Assembly: GCA_943788835.1 (NCBI GenBank)
Contig: CALSRU010000005.1
Location: forward strand, 21,343-85,342
Source: an uncultured Pseudomonadales bacterium
Lineage (GTDB): Bacteria; Pseudomonadota; Gammaproteobacteria; Pseudomonadales; UBA7434
Direction of reading: 5' to 3'
Length of the DNA: 64,000 nt
Position numbers and translations under genes: made by a program. Shown here in pieces: positions 1-10,947 of this stretch; the first letter of the stretch is position 1, and every line of letters begins with the position of its first letter. The notes under the pieces were generated by a model that was not told the origin of the DNA, did no database searches, and worked only from the letters and a program-made list of their open reading frames with translations.

Positions 1-134
1 GTCGCTTGCCACTGCTACCCTTGCTGCAAAAAGCCATTAGGGCCGGTCGTGTCAGTGGCGAGTACTATGGCGGGGACTGGGAAGATGTTGGCACTGTTGA
101 GCGATTTGAATTATTGAATAGCCGCCTTGGTTAG
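1..134 (+). CDS. 3' end of a sugar-1-phosphate nucleotidyltransferase (MurU-like), partial
   Basis: The frame ending at TAG 132-134 reads ...RVSGEYYGGDWEDVGTVERFELLNSRLG*. This is the W-x-DVGT-x-ER C-terminal tail typical of MurU / mannose-1-phosphate guanylyltransferase-type enzymes. The 5' end lies outside the window. Confidence 0.5.
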   Translation, partial: RLPLLPLLQKAIRAGRVSGEYYGGDWEDVGTVERFELLNSRLG

Positions 135-1307
135 CTAGAATTTTTTGAATTCTGTATTGAGCCAGTGTCGAATTCTTTTGCTGGTATGCGTATAGGTAAT
201 GTCTACCTCGCCTGCGGGCACAATAATATACCGGTAGTCTTTGGTGAAGCCTGCGCGCGCAAAAGTTTGTTTGCGCTCGAGCAATTCGCGCGGTTTAGAT
301 TGCTCACTTATTACATCCAGAATAGAGACGCGACTTTCGCGCAGCGCGGTTAAGGCTCCGACATCGAGTTCATCGAGATTCAGTTTCCAAAGAACTAGGC
401 CACTTGTTGTAGCGGTATTGGCAATGCTGGCGTCAATGGCCCACTGCAAAGTGTTTTCGTCAGCAATAATCGTAAGTGAGCCAGCCCCTTTGTCGAGTAA
501 CCATTGGTTGCCTGCTTGAATGCGCTGCGCTGCTATGTCAGTTGCGCTTGGTAGCGTCATATTGGCGGCTGTTGCGTCACCTTCGTTGGGCGGTGGGGCG
601 GTCGTTGATTCGGATGTCGTATCAGGCGCTTCCCCTTCTTTGTTTGTGTTGGTGGGCATTAAACCACCTGGTCCAATCACTCGCTCGGGTAACTCCGGCG
701 TTAAGAGCGTGTCCGGTAGCAATATGTTAAGCGTTGACCAGCCATAAAGAGGTAGATCGAGATAAAGTTGGCGAAAAATGTTGGTTTGCGTTAACTCTGA
801 CGGCTTGCTGCTGAGCAGGAGTACACTCATTTGATAGGGCGTTGCGGCAGGATTAAATAGCCCAATAAAAGCTTCGTTGCCATCTCCTAACCACATAGCG
901 CCGGCGTCTTTATCATTGGCCATGTTGTTGGAGGTATTGCTGCTATTTTCATCGCCCATGTAGGCCTGCATCCACTCTTGTTCTGGCGCGGGCACGGTTC
1001 TTTGAATCACACGGGTATCGTTGGCGACGCTATCATCGGCGGACGTTTGTGTCTCGCTATCATCGGCCTGGCTGTAACAATTTGCGGCAGTGAACAGCGT
1101 GAGGAGCAATAAGCTCGCGCTGCAAAAGCTGGGCGCTAATTGTTTGGTGGCGTGAATTAATCGCCTGTAGAGGGGCGCGATTTGTGCGTAAAATTGCAGG
1201 TGAGCGTAGCCATACGTGAGGTTATAACGTGGAGCGCAAAGGTGCGTGCACTCCTGTTGCGGTTGGGGTGAATGCTGTGCGGCTGGTGTTTGGGTTTTAA
1301 GGCACAT
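135..1307 (-). CDS. hypothetical exported protein (possibly DUF3530 / alpha-beta-hydrolase-like)
   Basis: Long ORF 135-1388. A hydrophobic signal or anchor segment (SFCSASLLLLTLFTAANCYSQA) is followed by an acidic low-complexity stretch and a globular part of about 270 aa. The start is uncertain: the only ATGs (1388, 1346, 1307) lie at least 55 codons upstream of the hydrophobic segment, and I see no closer GTG or TTG. The family guess is from memory only. Confidence 0.5.
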   Translation of the reverse strand: MCLKTQTPAAQHSPQPQQECTHLCAPRYNLTYGYAHLQFYAQIAPLYRRLIHATKQLAPSFCSASLLLLTLFTAANCYSQADDSETQTSADDSVANDTRVIQRTVPAPEQEWMQAYMGDENSSNTSNNMANDKDAGAMWLGDGNEAFIGLFNPAATPYQMSVLLLSSKPSELTQTNIFRQLYLDLPLYGWSTLNILLPDTLLTPELPERVIGPGGLMPTNTNKEGEAPDTTSESTTAPPPNEGDATAANMTLPSATDIAAQRIQAGNQWLLDKGAGSLTIIADENTLQWAIDASIANTATTSGLVLWKLNLDELDVGALTALRESRVSILDVISEQSKPRELLERKQTFARAGFTKDYRYIIVPAGEVDITYTHTSKRIRHWLNTEFKKF

Positions 1308-1409
1308 AAATGAGCGATGCTCTAGAGGTTGAGTTAGATATATCATTAGGATGATTTGCCGAAGTCTATTGAACAGCGTTATCCACAAACTTTATTAGGT
1401 TGCCTTCTT

Positions 1410-2087
1410 ATGCTTGATTATAAAATTGCCCCATCGATATTGTCAGCCGATTTTGCACGTTTGGGACAGGAAGTGGACGATGTACTCGCTGCTGGGGCTG
1501 ATATTATTCATTTTGATGTTATGGACAATCACTATGTCCCCAATCTGACAATTGGCCCAATGGTTTGCAAGGCATTGCGACAATATGGCGTGACGGCCCC
1601 CATTGATGTGCACCTTATGGTGAGTCCGGTCGATCGCATTATCGGTGATTTTGCTGATGCTGGTGCAACTTATATCACTTTTCATCCGGAGGCCAGTCAG
1701 CACGTGGACCGATCCCTGCAGTTAATTCGTGATGCAGGCTGTAAGGCGGGTCTCGTATTTAATCCGGCCACCACGCTTGATGCGGCGAGTTACGTGATGG
1801 ATAAGCTCGATATGTTGCTATTGATGTCGGTCAATCCAGGTTTTGGCGGTCAATCATTTATTCCATCTACATTATCCAAGCTGGCTGAAGCGCGTGAGCT
1901 TATCGATTCGGTTGATCGTGAGATACGTCTGGAGGTCGATGGGGGCGTTGGGATCGGCAATATTGCTGCGATTGCGGCAGCTGGAGCTGACACTTTCGTT
2001 GCAGGCTCAGCCATTTTTAATAGTGACGATTACGCCAGCGCCATTGCGCAAATGCGACTGGAGTTGAGTAAAGATACAGATAGATAA
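1410..2087 (+). CDS. rpe: ribulose-phosphate 3-epimerase
   Basis: 225 aa from ATG 1410; the ORF-track TTG at 1356 is an upstream extension. The protein is nearly colinear with E. coli Rpe ([54 protein letters not shown]). Confidence 0.95.
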   Translation: MLDYKIAPSILSADFARLGQEVDDVLAAGADIIHFDVMDNHYVPNLTIGPMVCKALRQYGVTAPIDVHLMVSPVDRIIGDFADAGATYITFHPEASQHVDRSLQLIRDAGCKAGLVFNPATTLDAASYVMDKLDMLLLMSVNPGFGGQSFIPSTLSKLAEARELIDSVDREIRLEVDGGVGIGNIAAIAAAGADTFVAGSAIFNSDDYASAIAQMRLELSKDTDR

Positions 2088-2454
2088 GCGTTTAAGGTGA
2101 TGCAGGGGAGAAAAGAGCGGCTCGGGGGAGAGCCTGGCTACGATCATAGTTGCGGCTCCTCCAGGACATGCAATTAAACAGCGCGAGGCTGCGTAATTCA
2201 CCGAACTACTCATAGTTGATGTGTAAATTACACGAGACTTGCCTGTTTTTCAAGCAAAAATTCCATTTGGGATGGTTTTTGTGTCCTTGCATGATCTGAA
2301 GCTTGCGTTTTTATGTTTGGCGCATCAGTCGTTTTCTTCGCAGCTGAGCTTTTCACGACAGGTTCATCGAGAATGCTGCCTAAACCGTTCGTTATTTCAT
2401 TCGATGATCAGATAAGCGCACGCAAGTCTTTCGACGATCCCGCAGGTCGGCGCT

Positions 2455-2482
2455 TTGTCTGCTGGCTGTGCTGGGCTACAAT
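2455..2482 (+). promoter_or_regulatory. candidate sigma70 promoter upstream of the trpE leader region
   Basis: TTGTCT (2455-2460), a 16-nt spacer, then TACAAT (2477-2482), about 245 nt upstream of the trpE ATG. Motif match only. Confidence 0.3.
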
Positions 2483-2545
2483 AGTTGACTGGCTCGATAA
2501 CGCGTCATGTCAAATGATAAATTCACCTCCCCTGACTAGAGAGCA

Positions 2546-2644
2546 ATGGCTTATACACAAAAATTGGGTAACAAATCCCATGCGCTTATCAGCGTGCACC
2601 TTCTGTGGCAAGCCTGTAGCTGGCGATGGCCAATCCGCAGTTAG
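2546..2644 (+). promoter_or_regulatory. candidate trp leader peptide ORF (32 codons, 3 Trp codons)
   Basis: ATG 2546 to TAG 2642-2644 encodes MAYTQKLGNKSHALISVHLLWQACSWRWPIRS. TGG codons sit at 2606, 2621 and 2627. The ORF ends 81 nt before the trpE ATG. No clear terminator hairpin was found downstream, so confidence is low. Confidence 0.3.
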
Positions 2645-2725
2645 TTTGCCGCTAGGAGGGTTGCGTAGCTGAAACACTGTCAATGCTAAGCCCCGACCGT
2701 TTCATCGATATTCTTCGGAAGTACT

Positions 2726-4261
2726 ATGCAATTTCAACAATTTAATGCGTTGGCGCAAGAAGGCTTTAACCGCATTCCGCTTACGCAAGTAGTGATGGCT
2801 GACTTAGATACGCCAGTTAGCGCTTACGCTAAACTCGCCACTGGGCCTTATTCATTTTTGTTTGAGTCGGTTCAGGGTGGCGAAAAATGGGGCCGCTACT
2901 CGATTATTGGGCTGCCCTGTAAGGTCGTGCTCAAGGTCTTTGGTGACGAAATATCTGTCGAATCGGCCGGTCGTGAGCTAGAGCACACAAAAATGGCCGA
3001 CCCGCTCGATTTTGTAGAACAGTTTCAGCAGCGCTACGCTGTGCCCCATTTGCCAGATTTACCGGCTTTTTTTGGAGGTTTTGTCGGCTATTTTGCTTAC
3101 GACACGGTGCGCTATGTTGAGCCTCGGCTCAAAATGTCTACTCCGCCTGATGAACTAAACACCCCCGACATTTTATTAATGCTGACTGATGATGTGTTGG
3201 TATTTGATAATTTAGCCAGCAAAATCCACATTGTTACTCATATTGACGTTGATGCTGCGCAGTCTGAAGCTGAGCTGCAACAACGTTATTCGCAGGGCCA
3301 GCAACGATTGATAGCCATTGCGCAGCAGTTACAGCATGCTCATCCTACATTGGACCAGCTTGCAACGACTGCTAACGATGGCGTAGCTACGGGTGCTTTG
3401 CAAGAGAGTGATTTCTCATCGGGCTTTACGCAGGCTGACTACCATTCGGTAGTTGAAAAAATTAAAGATTACACGCTAGCTGGTGACGTTATGCAGGTGG
3501 TGCCGTCGCAGCGAATGAGCGCGCCTTTTTCCGCTCCCCCGATTAATTTATACCGTGCGTTACGCAGTCTTAATCCCTCGCCTTATATGTATTTTTTAAA
3601 TCTGGGCGACTTTCATATAGTGGGATCCTCACCGGAAATATTGGCGCGAGTAGAGGGCGGTGAAGTGACGGTAAGGCCAATTGCCGGTACGCGTAGACGT
3701 GGCAACTCCGAAGCCGAGGACTTAGATCTTGAGCGTGACTTGCTGGCAGATCCCAAAGAAATTGCTGAGCACCTCATGCTGATTGACTTGGGTCGTAATG
3801 ATGCAGGTCGAGTGGCTGAGATTGGCTCAGTTGTGTTGACCGATAAAATGGTTGTAGAACGCTACTCTCATGTAATGCATATTGTTTCTAACGTGATAGG
3901 TAAATTGCGTGGCGGATTAAGCTCTATCGACGTGCTGCGCGCAACGTTGCCGGCGGGTACATTAAGTGGTGCGCCTAAAATTAGAGCCATGGAAATTATC
4001 GATGAAGTAGAGCCCGTTAAGCGCGGTATTTACGGGGGCGCCGTTGGTTATCTGAGCTGGCAGGGTAATATGGATACCGCGATTGCAATTCGTACCGCGG
4101 TGATAAAGGACGAGACGCTTTATGTACAAGCAGGCGGTGGTGTTGTTGCTGACTCAGTGGCGGAGCTTGAGTGGGAAGAAACCATGAATAAAGCACGCGC
4201 AATGTTTAGGGCTGCAGCGATTGCTAGTCAGCAAGTTAACGTTAACAACAAAAAAGGTTAA
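2726..4261 (+). CDS. trpE: anthranilate synthase component I
   Basis: 511 aa with chorismate-binding enzyme motifs ([35 protein letters not shown]). Followed by trpG, trpD and trpC. Confidence 0.95.
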   Translation: MQFQQFNALAQEGFNRIPLTQVVMADLDTPVSAYAKLATGPYSFLFESVQGGEKWGRYSIIGLPCKVVLKVFGDEISVESAGRELEHTKMADPLDFVEQFQQRYAVPHLPDLPAFFGGFVGYFAYDTVRYVEPRLKMSTPPDELNTPDILLMLTDDVLVFDNLASKIHIVTHIDVDAAQSEAELQQRYSQGQQRLIAIAQQLQHAHPTLDQLATTANDGVATGALQESDFSSGFTQADYHSVVEKIKDYTLAGDVMQVVPSQRMSAPFSAPPINLYRALRSLNPSPYMYFLNLGDFHIVGSSPEILARVEGGEVTVRPIAGTRRRGNSEAEDLDLERDLLADPKEIAEHLMLIDLGRNDAGRVAEIGSVVLTDKMVVERYSHVMHIVSNVIGKLRGGLSSIDVLRATLPAGTLSGAPKIRAMEIIDEVEPVKRGIYGGAVGYLSWQGNMDTAIAIRTAVIKDETLYVQAGGGVVADSVAELEWEETMNKARAMFRAAAIASQQVNVNNKKG

Positions 4262-4275
4262 GGAGGTGCTCTGGC

Positions 4276-4857
4276 ATGCTATTAATGATCGATAATTATG
4301 ATTCCTTTACCTATAACGTGGTCCAATATTTGGGTGAGTTGGGTGCAGATGTTCAAGTGTTACGCAATGATGAAATTCAGTGTGATGACGTTGCGGCCTT
4401 AGCGCCCAAGCACATTGTTATTTCGCCTGGCCCTTGTACGCCTAATGAGGCAGGCATATCACTGGAAGTTATTGAGAGGTTTTCCGGTGTGACTCCATTG
4501 TTAGGTATCTGTCTTGGTCACCAAAGTATTGGTCAGGCATTTGGCGGCAAAGTTGTCCGTGCGCGCGAAGTTATGCATGGTAAAACATCTTTGGTTTACC
4601 ACAATGGAACGGGCGTTTTTTCTGGTATTGAATCTCCTTTTTCAGCCACCCGTTATCATTCCTTAGTGGTAGAAAAAGAGTCGTTGCCTGAGTGTTTTGA
4701 AGTCACCGCATGGACGCAACATGACGATGGTTCGTTCGATGAAATTATGGGTTTACGGCATAAAGAGTTGGCGGTCGAAGGTGTGCAATTTCATCCCGAA
4801 TCGATTCTGACGAATTTCGGCCATGAGTTGCTTGATAATTTTTTGCAGGGTTGTTGA
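4276..4857 (+). CDS. trpG: anthranilate synthase component II (glutamine amidotransferase)
   Basis: 193 aa. Starts [19 protein letters not shown], has the catalytic Cys context LGICLGHQ and the C-terminal GVQFHPES motif. Confidence 0.95.
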   Translation: MLLMIDNYDSFTYNVVQYLGELGADVQVLRNDEIQCDDVAALAPKHIVISPGPCTPNEAGISLEVIERFSGVTPLLGICLGHQSIGQAFGGKVVRAREVMHGKTSLVYHNGTGVFSGIESPFSATRYHSLVVEKESLPECFEVTAWTQHDDGSFDEIMGLRHKELAVEGVQFHPESILTNFGHELLDNFLQGC

Positions 4858-4919
4858 GCCACTTTTTTGTAATGCGGCGATGCTTTGCAGAAAATAATTA
4901 AAGAGAGGTTAATTTTTAA

Positions 4920-5978
4920 ATGAGCCAAACCATCACAATGCAGCAAGCTATTAATGCAGTGATTGAGCGTCGAGATTTGTCGGGTGTTGAAATGCAATCG
5001 GTTATGCAGCAAATCATGACAGGTGCAGCTACCCCAGCACAAATTGCTGGTTTTTTAGTGGCGCTGCGTATGAAGGGTGAGACAGTCGTTGAAATTGCTG
5101 CGGCTACTCGAGTAATGCGTGAGTTAGCTACGCCTGTGCAGGTAGTTGCCGATAATATGGTGGATATCGTAGGTACCGGCGGTGATGGCGCTAGCTTGTT
5201 GAATGTTTCTACCGCCAGCGCTTTGGTTGCGGCAGTGGCCGGTTGCTATGTGGCTAAGCATGGTAATCGTTCGGTAAGCAGCTCTAGCGGTTCGGCAGAT
5301 TTACTTGAAGCCGCTGGGGTTGATTTGTCATTAAGTCCCGCGCAGGTGGCGCGTTGTATTGAACAAGTCGGTGTGGGCTTTATGTTTGCTGTTCAGCATC
5401 ACAGTGCCATGAAGCACGCCATTGGTCCGCGCAAGGAGTTGGCCACTCGAACCATATTTAATATGTTAGGTCCTATGACGAACCCTGCAGGCGTCACGAA
5501 TCAGGTTCTAGGCGTTTATAGCTTCGATTTGTTGCGGCCCATTGCTGAGGTGCTTCAGTCTTTAGGCAGTCATCATGTTATGGTTGTGCACTCTGCTGAT
5601 GGATTAGACGAAATAAGTATTGCTGGAGTTACTCATGTTGCGGAGCTGCGTGATGGCAAGATTACTGAATATGATCTGGTGCCAACCGAAGTTGGCATCA
5701 ACCTTGGAGACCTAAAGCAACTTGTTGTCGATGATGCGCAGGCTAGCCTTAAATTAATCCGTGCTGCTTTGTCTGCCGGGGAGAAAACAGCGAGCGCGCA
5801 TGCGGCGGGCGATATTATCGCGCTTAACGCCGGAGCGGCAATTTATGTTGCTGGTGTGGCTGATGATTTTGCACAAGGTGTTGCTATAGCTCAGGATATT
5901 ATTGCTTCAGGGCGAGCAGTTGAAAAGCTTAAGGAGTTGGCTGGCGTGAGTGTGGCAATGGCCTCGGCCAGAGGGTAG
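4920..5978 (+). CDS. trpD: anthranilate phosphoribosyltransferase
   Basis: 352 aa with [29 protein letters not shown] and [10 protein letters not shown] motifs. Confidence 0.95.
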   Translation: MSQTITMQQAINAVIERRDLSGVEMQSVMQQIMTGAATPAQIAGFLVALRMKGETVVEIAAATRVMRELATPVQVVADNMVDIVGTGGDGASLLNVSTASALVAAVAGCYVAKHGNRSVSSSSGSADLLEAAGVDLSLSPAQVARCIEQVGVGFMFAVQHHSAMKHAIGPRKELATRTIFNMLGPMTNPAGVTNQVLGVYSFDLLRPIAEVLQSLGSHHVMVVHSADGLDEISIAGVTHVAELRDGKITEYDLVPTEVGINLGDLKQLVVDDAQASLKLIRAALSAGEKTASAHAAGDIIALNAGAAIYVAGVADDFAQGVAIAQDIIASGRAVEKLKELAGVSVAMASARG

Positions 5979-6787
5979 TGGAAAATATAATGCAAACACC
6001 AACTATATTAAGAAAAATCCTTGATCGTAAGCTGCAAGAAGTCGCTGCGTGTAAATCTCAGCGTGGCGTGGAAGCTTTGATGGATGATATTGCTTTGCAA
6101 GCTGAGCCGCGTGGTTTTGTTGCAGCCATTCAACGGAAGCTTGCTGCTTCACAGTCAGCAGTCATTGCTGAAGTGAAAAAAGCATCACCGAGTAAAGGTG
6201 TTATTCGTGAGAATTTCGATCCGGCTCAGATTGCCGTGAGTTACGAAAGTGGGGGGGCCGCGTGCCTCTCGGTGCTTACCGATATTGATTTTTTTCAAGG
6301 AGCGAATGCTTACCTTCAGCAAGCTAGAGCTGCCTGCTCGCTGCCGGTTATCCGTAAAGATTTTATTATTGATGAATACCAGGTGTATGAAGCTCGCGCT
6401 ATGGGAGCCGATTGCATTTTGCTGATTGTTGCGGCGCTGGATGATACCCAAATGCAATTATTGGATCAGTGTGCACGACGGTTAGATCTGGATGTATTAG
6501 TTGAGGTCCATGACCACAGCGAGTTGTTGCGGGCATTGCGTCTTGACAATACGTTGCTGGGCATTAACAACCGCGACCTAAATACTTTTTCCACCAGCTT
6601 GGCAACCACTTACGATTTGCTGGCTCATATCCCGGATGATCGAATTGTGGTGACTGAAAGCGGTATTCACACAGTCGATGATGTTAATGCCATGCGTGAG
6701 CATGAGGTTAATGCCTTTTTGGTGGGTGAGGCTTTTATGCGTGCCGAAGAGCCGGGCCAGGAGCTTCGTCGTTTGTTTAGTTTGTAG
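5978..6787 (+). CDS. trpC: indole-3-glycerol-phosphate synthase
   Basis: Motifs [22 protein letters not shown] and [13 protein letters not shown] 5978 overlaps the trpD stop; ATG 5990 ([11 protein letters not shown]) is an equally plausible start. Confidence 0.92.
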   Translation: MENIMQTPTILRKILDRKLQEVAACKSQRGVEALMDDIALQAEPRGFVAAIQRKLAASQSAVIAEVKKASPSKGVIRENFDPAQIAVSYESGGAACLSVLTDIDFFQGANAYLQQARAACSLPVIRKDFIIDEYQVYEARAMGADCILLIVAALDDTQMQLLDQCARRLDLDVLVEVHDHSELLRALRLDNTLLGINNRDLNTFSTSLATTYDLLAHIPDDRIVVTESGIHTVDDVNAMREHEVNAFLVGEAFMRAEEPGQELRRLFSL

Positions 6788-6869
6788 AAGATCGTGTGAT
6801 TATGTGATTAGGCAAATAATTTATATCGATAAATACGCAAATCCCCATCAAATTAGCTGAAGGTTGTAA

Positions 6870-7325
6870 ATGGTATCTGAATGTCCAGCAGCACTCTCGA
6901 ACTATAAAAACATCTTTGAAAAAGATGTTGAATGGGGGGATATGGACGCTATGCAACATGTTAATAACAAGCGTTATTTTTATTATGCCGAAAGTGCGAG
7001 ACTGCGGTGGTTTAATGAAATTTATTCGCAGTTGGGTGTTGAATATAGCGGTGGGCTTAAGGAGAGCTTTGCGCTGGCAGAAACTAGCTGCAAGTTTAAA
7101 GTTCCGCTAACCTTTCCCGATACCCTGCTTGTTTCTACTGGCGTGCTTGTTATTGAAGCCAACCAATTCATTTTGCGGCACTTGATATATAGCAATCAAT
7201 TAGCGTGTGTTGCTGCTAAGGCTGAGGCGCGTATGGTGCGATACGACTTCATTAACAACTGCCGTGCTGACATTCCGGATAATGAAATTTTAGTGCTTAA
7301 AAAATATCAAGTTCCACAGGATTGA
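6870..7325 (+). CDS. hotdog-fold acyl-CoA thioesterase (4HBT/YbgC-like)
   Basis: 151 aa. VEWGDMDAMQHVNNKRYFYYAESARLRWF matches the characteristic N-terminal signature of 4HBT-type thioesterases. Confidence 0.8.
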   Translation: MVSECPAALSNYKNIFEKDVEWGDMDAMQHVNNKRYFYYAESARLRWFNEIYSQLGVEYSGGLKESFALAETSCKFKVPLTFPDTLLVSTGVLVIEANQFILRHLIYSNQLACVAAKAEARMVRYDFINNCRADIPDNEILVLKKYQVPQD

Positions 7326-7390
7326 GCTTGCAGAACCTTGTTCAGCTCACACAAATCGTTAAAAAATAAAATTGGACAGAATAAATAGAG

Positions 7391-8203
7391 ATGCAATCAT
7401 TCAAGAATGTCACCGTTTTGATTACAGGGGCTTCGGCTGGCGTTGGCGCTGCGTGCGCTCGAGAATTTGCCCGCTTAGGTGCGTGTCTAGCATTAGTTGC
7501 TCGAGGTGAGGAGGCGTTGAGTGCAATTGCTGATGAATTGAGTCAGCAAACGGAAGTGTTGACGGTTTGTGCTGATGTTGCTGATTTGCAAGCCTGTGAC
7601 GCCATGCTCGCGAGTGTCGTTGAGCGATTTGGTCCTGTACAGATTCTTATTAATAATGCTGGCCTCCACCATCGAGGTGATGTGCGGGTTCGATCCGCTG
7701 AAGATATTGCCACCATGGTGGATGTTAATTTGCGAGCGCCGCTTTACCTCACTAATAAAGTGTTAGCCGGCATGCAGCAGTTAGGTGCCGGTGCAGTAGT
7801 TAATGTGGGATCATTGGCTGGCAGGGCACCGCTGCAGGGCGCGGCAACGTATGCGGCTACTAAGGCTGGTCTGCGCAGTTTCACTTACGGTGTTGCTGAT
7901 GAGGTGCGTGAATTGGGGATTTCGGTTGGCGTGGTGTCGCCCGGACCAATAGACACAGGCTTTATTATGGATCACATTGATGAGGTTGAAGATATTGTTT
8001 ATTCGCAACCTATGAGTAGTGCCGAGGAGGTCGCGGTTAATATTGTGCGCCTTGCGCGCGGTGAACGTCTTGAAATTTCGATGCCTTGGCTGGGTGGTAA
8101 ACTAACAACGCTGAGTTATCTTCTGCCGAGCTTGCGACGAGGCTTGCGTGATAGGATGTACGCCATTGGCCGGCGCAACAAAAATAAATATCGCAAAGTA
8201 TGA
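7391..8203 (+). CDS. SDR-family oxidoreductase
   Basis: 270 aa with the Rossmann motif TGASAGVGAA, NNAG, and the catalytic YAATKAG. Confidence 0.85.
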   Translation: MQSFKNVTVLITGASAGVGAACAREFARLGACLALVARGEEALSAIADELSQQTEVLTVCADVADLQACDAMLASVVERFGPVQILINNAGLHHRGDVRVRSAEDIATMVDVNLRAPLYLTNKVLAGMQQLGAGAVVNVGSLAGRAPLQGAATYAATKAGLRSFTYGVADEVRELGISVGVVSPGPIDTGFIMDHIDEVEDIVYSQPMSSAEEVAVNIVRLARGERLEISMPWLGGKLTTLSYLLPSLRRGLRDRMYAIGRRNKNKYRKV

Positions 8204-8215
8204 TTGCAAAAACAA

Positions 8216-8243
8216 GAAAGGCCCAGTAGTGACTGAGCCTTTC
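8216..8243. terminator. shared hairpin terminator between convergent SDR gene and crp
   Basis: GAAAGGCCCAGT-agtg-ACTGAGCCTTTC forms a 12-bp stem with one mismatch. On the minus strand it is followed by TTGTTTTTG. It lies 13 nt after the SDR stop and 27 nt after the crp stop. Confidence 0.6.
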
Positions 8244-8269
8244 TAATACTCATTTATTGCTTCAATGCT

Positions 8270-8929
8270 TTAGCGGGTTCCGTACACTACCATCGTTTTG
8301 CCTTTGACATAGACCAGGCCTTGCTCTTGCAAGTCCTTCAGTACCCGACCCACCATTTCACGCGAACAGCCCACGATGCGGCCGATTTCTTGTCGTGTGA
8401 TTTTGATTTGCATACCGTCGGGGTGCGTCATGGCATCAGGTTCTTTACACAGTTCCAGCAATGTTCCGGCGACTCGCCCAGTGACATCTAAAAAAGCCAG
8501 ATCGCCAACCTTACGCGTAGTTTTACGCAGGCGTGTAGCCATTTGTTTGCCGACTGAATAAAGTAGGTCGGGGTACTGCTGCGATAGCTCATGAAATTTT
8601 GCAAAGCTTATTTCCGCAACTTCACATTCTGTTTTGGCTCGCACCCACGCACTTCGCGAGTCTTCTTGCTCAAACAAGCCCATTTCGCCAAAAAAACCGC
8701 CCTCGTTGAGGTAGGCAACAATCATTTCTTTGCCCTCGTCATCTTCAATCGCAACAGTGACTGAGCCTTTGATAATGTAGTAAAGCGTATCGGAAGTATC
8801 GCCGGCGTAGATAATAGTGCTTTTGCTGGGATAGCGGCGACGATGGCTGCTACTGATAAGTTCTTCGGCGTGCTGAATATGAGGTGTTAGTGGTGCGAGA
8901 GCCACAATTCCATTTCCTTGTGAAGCCAT
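8270..8929 (-). CDS. crp: cAMP receptor protein (CRP/Vfr)
   Basis: 219 aa from ATG 8929. Nearly colinear with P. aeruginosa Vfr and E. coli CRP ([65 protein letters not shown]). The upstream part of ORF 8270-9073 looks non-coding; ATG 8962 is an alternative start. Confidence 0.93.
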   Translation of the reverse strand: MASQGNGIVALAPLTPHIQHAEELISSSHRRRYPSKSTIIYAGDTSDTLYYIIKGSVTVAIEDDEGKEMIVAYLNEGGFFGEMGLFEQEDSRSAWVRAKTECEVAEISFAKFHELSQQYPDLLYSVGKQMATRLRKTTRKVGDLAFLDVTGRVAGTLLELCKEPDAMTHPDGMQIKITRQEIGRIVGCSREMVGRVLKDLQEQGLVYVKGKTMVVYGTR

Positions 8930-9034
8930 TGATACGGGGGTGTTCAATTTTTGAGCATGCATAATACAACAACCATTATCAATTAGTGATAAAAGAAACC
9001 GGCGATTCCTACATTGAGTATTGTCTATTTTGGC

Positions 9035-9050
9035 TGTGATACAAGTCACG
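9035..9050. promoter_or_regulatory. candidate CRP/Vfr binding site in the crp / osmC-like divergent region
   Basis: TGTGA-tacaag-TCACG differs from the TGTGA-N6-TCACA consensus at one position. It lies about 106-121 nt upstream of the crp start. crp and vfr autoregulation is established in E. coli and P. aeruginosa. Confidence 0.45.
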
Positions 9051-9190
9051 GTTATGAAAAATGTGACATGCAACGCAATTGGTCAATAACTGTCAGCCTT
9101 ACGCATTTTGAAGGACGGCTACTCGACCGTCTAGGATCGATTACAATACAATATTATTCAATTGGTTAGAGTATGAGTGGATAATTATTT

Positions 9191-9613
9191 ATGAAGGCGA
9201 CTATCAACTGGACAGGGGCCGCAAGTTTTGCGGCGACATCGGGGTCAGGGCATGAGGTGCAAATGGATGGCCCGCCAGATCATGGCGGCGAAAATCGTGG
9301 CCCACGCCCTATGGAAATGTTGCTGATGGGTATGGGGGGCTGCGCGTCTTTTGACGTCATGTCGATGCTTAGTAAAGGGCGCCAAGACGTCGTCGCTTGC
9401 CGTGCCGAGTTGGTGGCAGAGCGTGCCGATGCGGTCCCAGCAGTGTTTACGCAGATTCATATGCGGTTTGTGGTCAGTGGGAACAATCTAAAAGATACGC
9501 ATGTTCGTAGAGCCATTAAGCTGTCGGTCGAAAAATATTGTTCAGCATCAATTTTGATGGAACGTGCTGGCGTTAAGGTAACGCACGAGTATGTTGTAGA
9601 GTCTGTTGCTTAA
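9191..9613 (+). CDS. OsmC-family peroxiredoxin-like protein (YhfA-like)
   Basis: 140 aa with GGENRGPRPMEMLLMGMGGCASFDVMSML and EKYCSAS, typical of OsmC/Ohr family proteins. It is divergent from crp, as yhfA is in E. coli. Confidence 0.85.
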   Translation: MKATINWTGAASFAATSGSGHEVQMDGPPDHGGENRGPRPMEMLLMGMGGCASFDVMSMLSKGRQDVVACRAELVAERADAVPAVFTQIHMRFVVSGNNLKDTHVRRAIKLSVEKYCSASILMERAGVKVTHEYVVESVA

Positions 9614-9658
9614 GGAGCCGATGAAGCTCTCGAGGCATGATCATTAACAACCAATAAG

Positions 9659-10099
9659 TTGGAAAAGAATAGTATGAACGATACAGCCATCCTCGGGCGT
9701 CCCGGCACTACTGCGGGTATGCGGCATATCGCATTGTTTGTGCCGGATCTAGATAGTGCGCGGCATTTTTATGTTGATCTGCTAGGGATGGAAGTAGAGT
9801 GGCAACCAGACGCTAGTAACGTTTATCTGACCTCAGGTAGTGATAACCTTGCCTTGCACCATAGTCCCGGCTGGGAAATTGGTGGTCTCGAGAAAAATCA
9901 GCGCTTAGATCACATTGGTTTTATTATCGATCACTCAGCGTCGGTTGACGAATGGCATGCTTATTTGCAGCAGGAAGGGGTGCCGATGAAATCGGCGCCG
10001 AGGACGCATCGAGATGGGGCGAGAAGTTTTTATTGTTTAGATCCTGCCGGCACATTAGTTCAGCTGATCTATCATCCACCGCTCTCTAAGGGCGCTTAA
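9659..10099 (+). CDS. VOC-family (glyoxalase/bleomycin-resistance/dioxygenase) protein
   Basis: MRHIALFVPDLDSARHFYVDLLGMEV and LDHIGFII are VOC-fold signatures. The ORF-track start is TTG 9659; ATG 9674 is an alternative. Confidence 0.8.
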   Translation: MEKNSMNDTAILGRPGTTAGMRHIALFVPDLDSARHFYVDLLGMEVEWQPDASNVYLTSGSDNLALHHSPGWEIGGLEKNQRLDHIGFIIDHSASVDEWHAYLQQEGVPMKSAPRTHRDGARSFYCLDPAGTLVQLIYHPPLSKGA

Positions 10100-10125
10100 T
10101 TGAAGCTTGATCGCGCTGCCATAAA

Positions 10126-10809
10126 TTATAATTTGTAAGTTGTGCGTGTCATTACTTTTGAGGCGGCAGTCATGAATTTTTTGGGTAGTGGTGAAAAGTT
10201 AATTCCTCCAGCGTCTAGCGCCTTCTGGCCATGATGCGCCTCATCTTTAAGCATTTGGCCAAGTATGGCGCGAGTTTTTACATCATCCTCTGGAACTTGT
10301 TCTAGGTGTTCGCGTAAATGCCGGCACACTTGTTCTTCAGTTGCGGCTATAAACCCTAGACTCCATTTGTCACCGGCGGCACCGGCTAGCGCGCCGATTC
10401 CAAAAGACAGCCCATAAAAAAGCGGATTGAGGTAGCTGGTCCGACTGTCGAGTTGTTGTAATCGTTGTTCGCACCAAGCCAGATGGTCACCTTCTTCATC
10501 AGCAGACTCTTGCATCGATATGCGGGTTGTTAAATTTCTAGCGGTGATGGCTTGGCCTTGGTAGAGGGCTTGAGCACAGACTTCACCGGTGTGGTTAATG
10601 CGCATCAACCCGCTAATATGTTGCTGAAGCTCAGGCGTATATTCTAGATCAGGCACATCGACTTCGGCTGCATCACATGATTCAGCCGGAGATGGGCGTT
10701 GCGGTTTAGTACTGCCTGGGCTTAGTGTTCTCATCGCGCGGTCTACTCCCAAAATGAGCCGGTCAAGGCTCGATAAGGCAGGAGTTTGGTCGGTTATTTT
10801 CGTACTCAT
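10126..10809 (-). CDS. coq7: demethoxyubiquinone hydroxylase (Coq7 family)
   Basis: 227 aa with di-iron carboxylate repeats ([42 protein letters not shown]). Confidence 0.9.
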   Translation of the reverse strand: MSTKITDQTPALSSLDRLILGVDRAMRTLSPGSTKPQRPSPAESCDAAEVDVPDLEYTPELQQHISGLMRINHTGEVCAQALYQGQAITARNLTTRISMQESADEEGDHLAWCEQRLQQLDSRTSYLNPLFYGLSFGIGALAGAAGDKWSLGFIAATEEQVCRHLREHLEQVPEDDVKTRAILGQMLKDEAHHGQKALDAGGINFSPLPKKFMTAASKVMTRTTYKL

Positions 10810-10947
10810 TGACAGTGTCTCACAGATTCTACGAGGAAAATGGCATCGTTAATCCAATTTGCACACAATACTGGTAGTATACGTGAGGCGAGACGTTTTT
10901 TCTTTCTGGCCTGGCTTTATTGGGCTTAGTGGTGGCTTTTATGCCTG

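Noticed and set aside
2313-2672. 119-aa plus-strand ORF filling the rpe-trpE spacer
   Set aside because: It has no RBS and an odd composition (Cys/Trp/Phe-rich), with no recognisable family. It spans the promoter-like element and the mini-ORF region. I treat it as non-coding.
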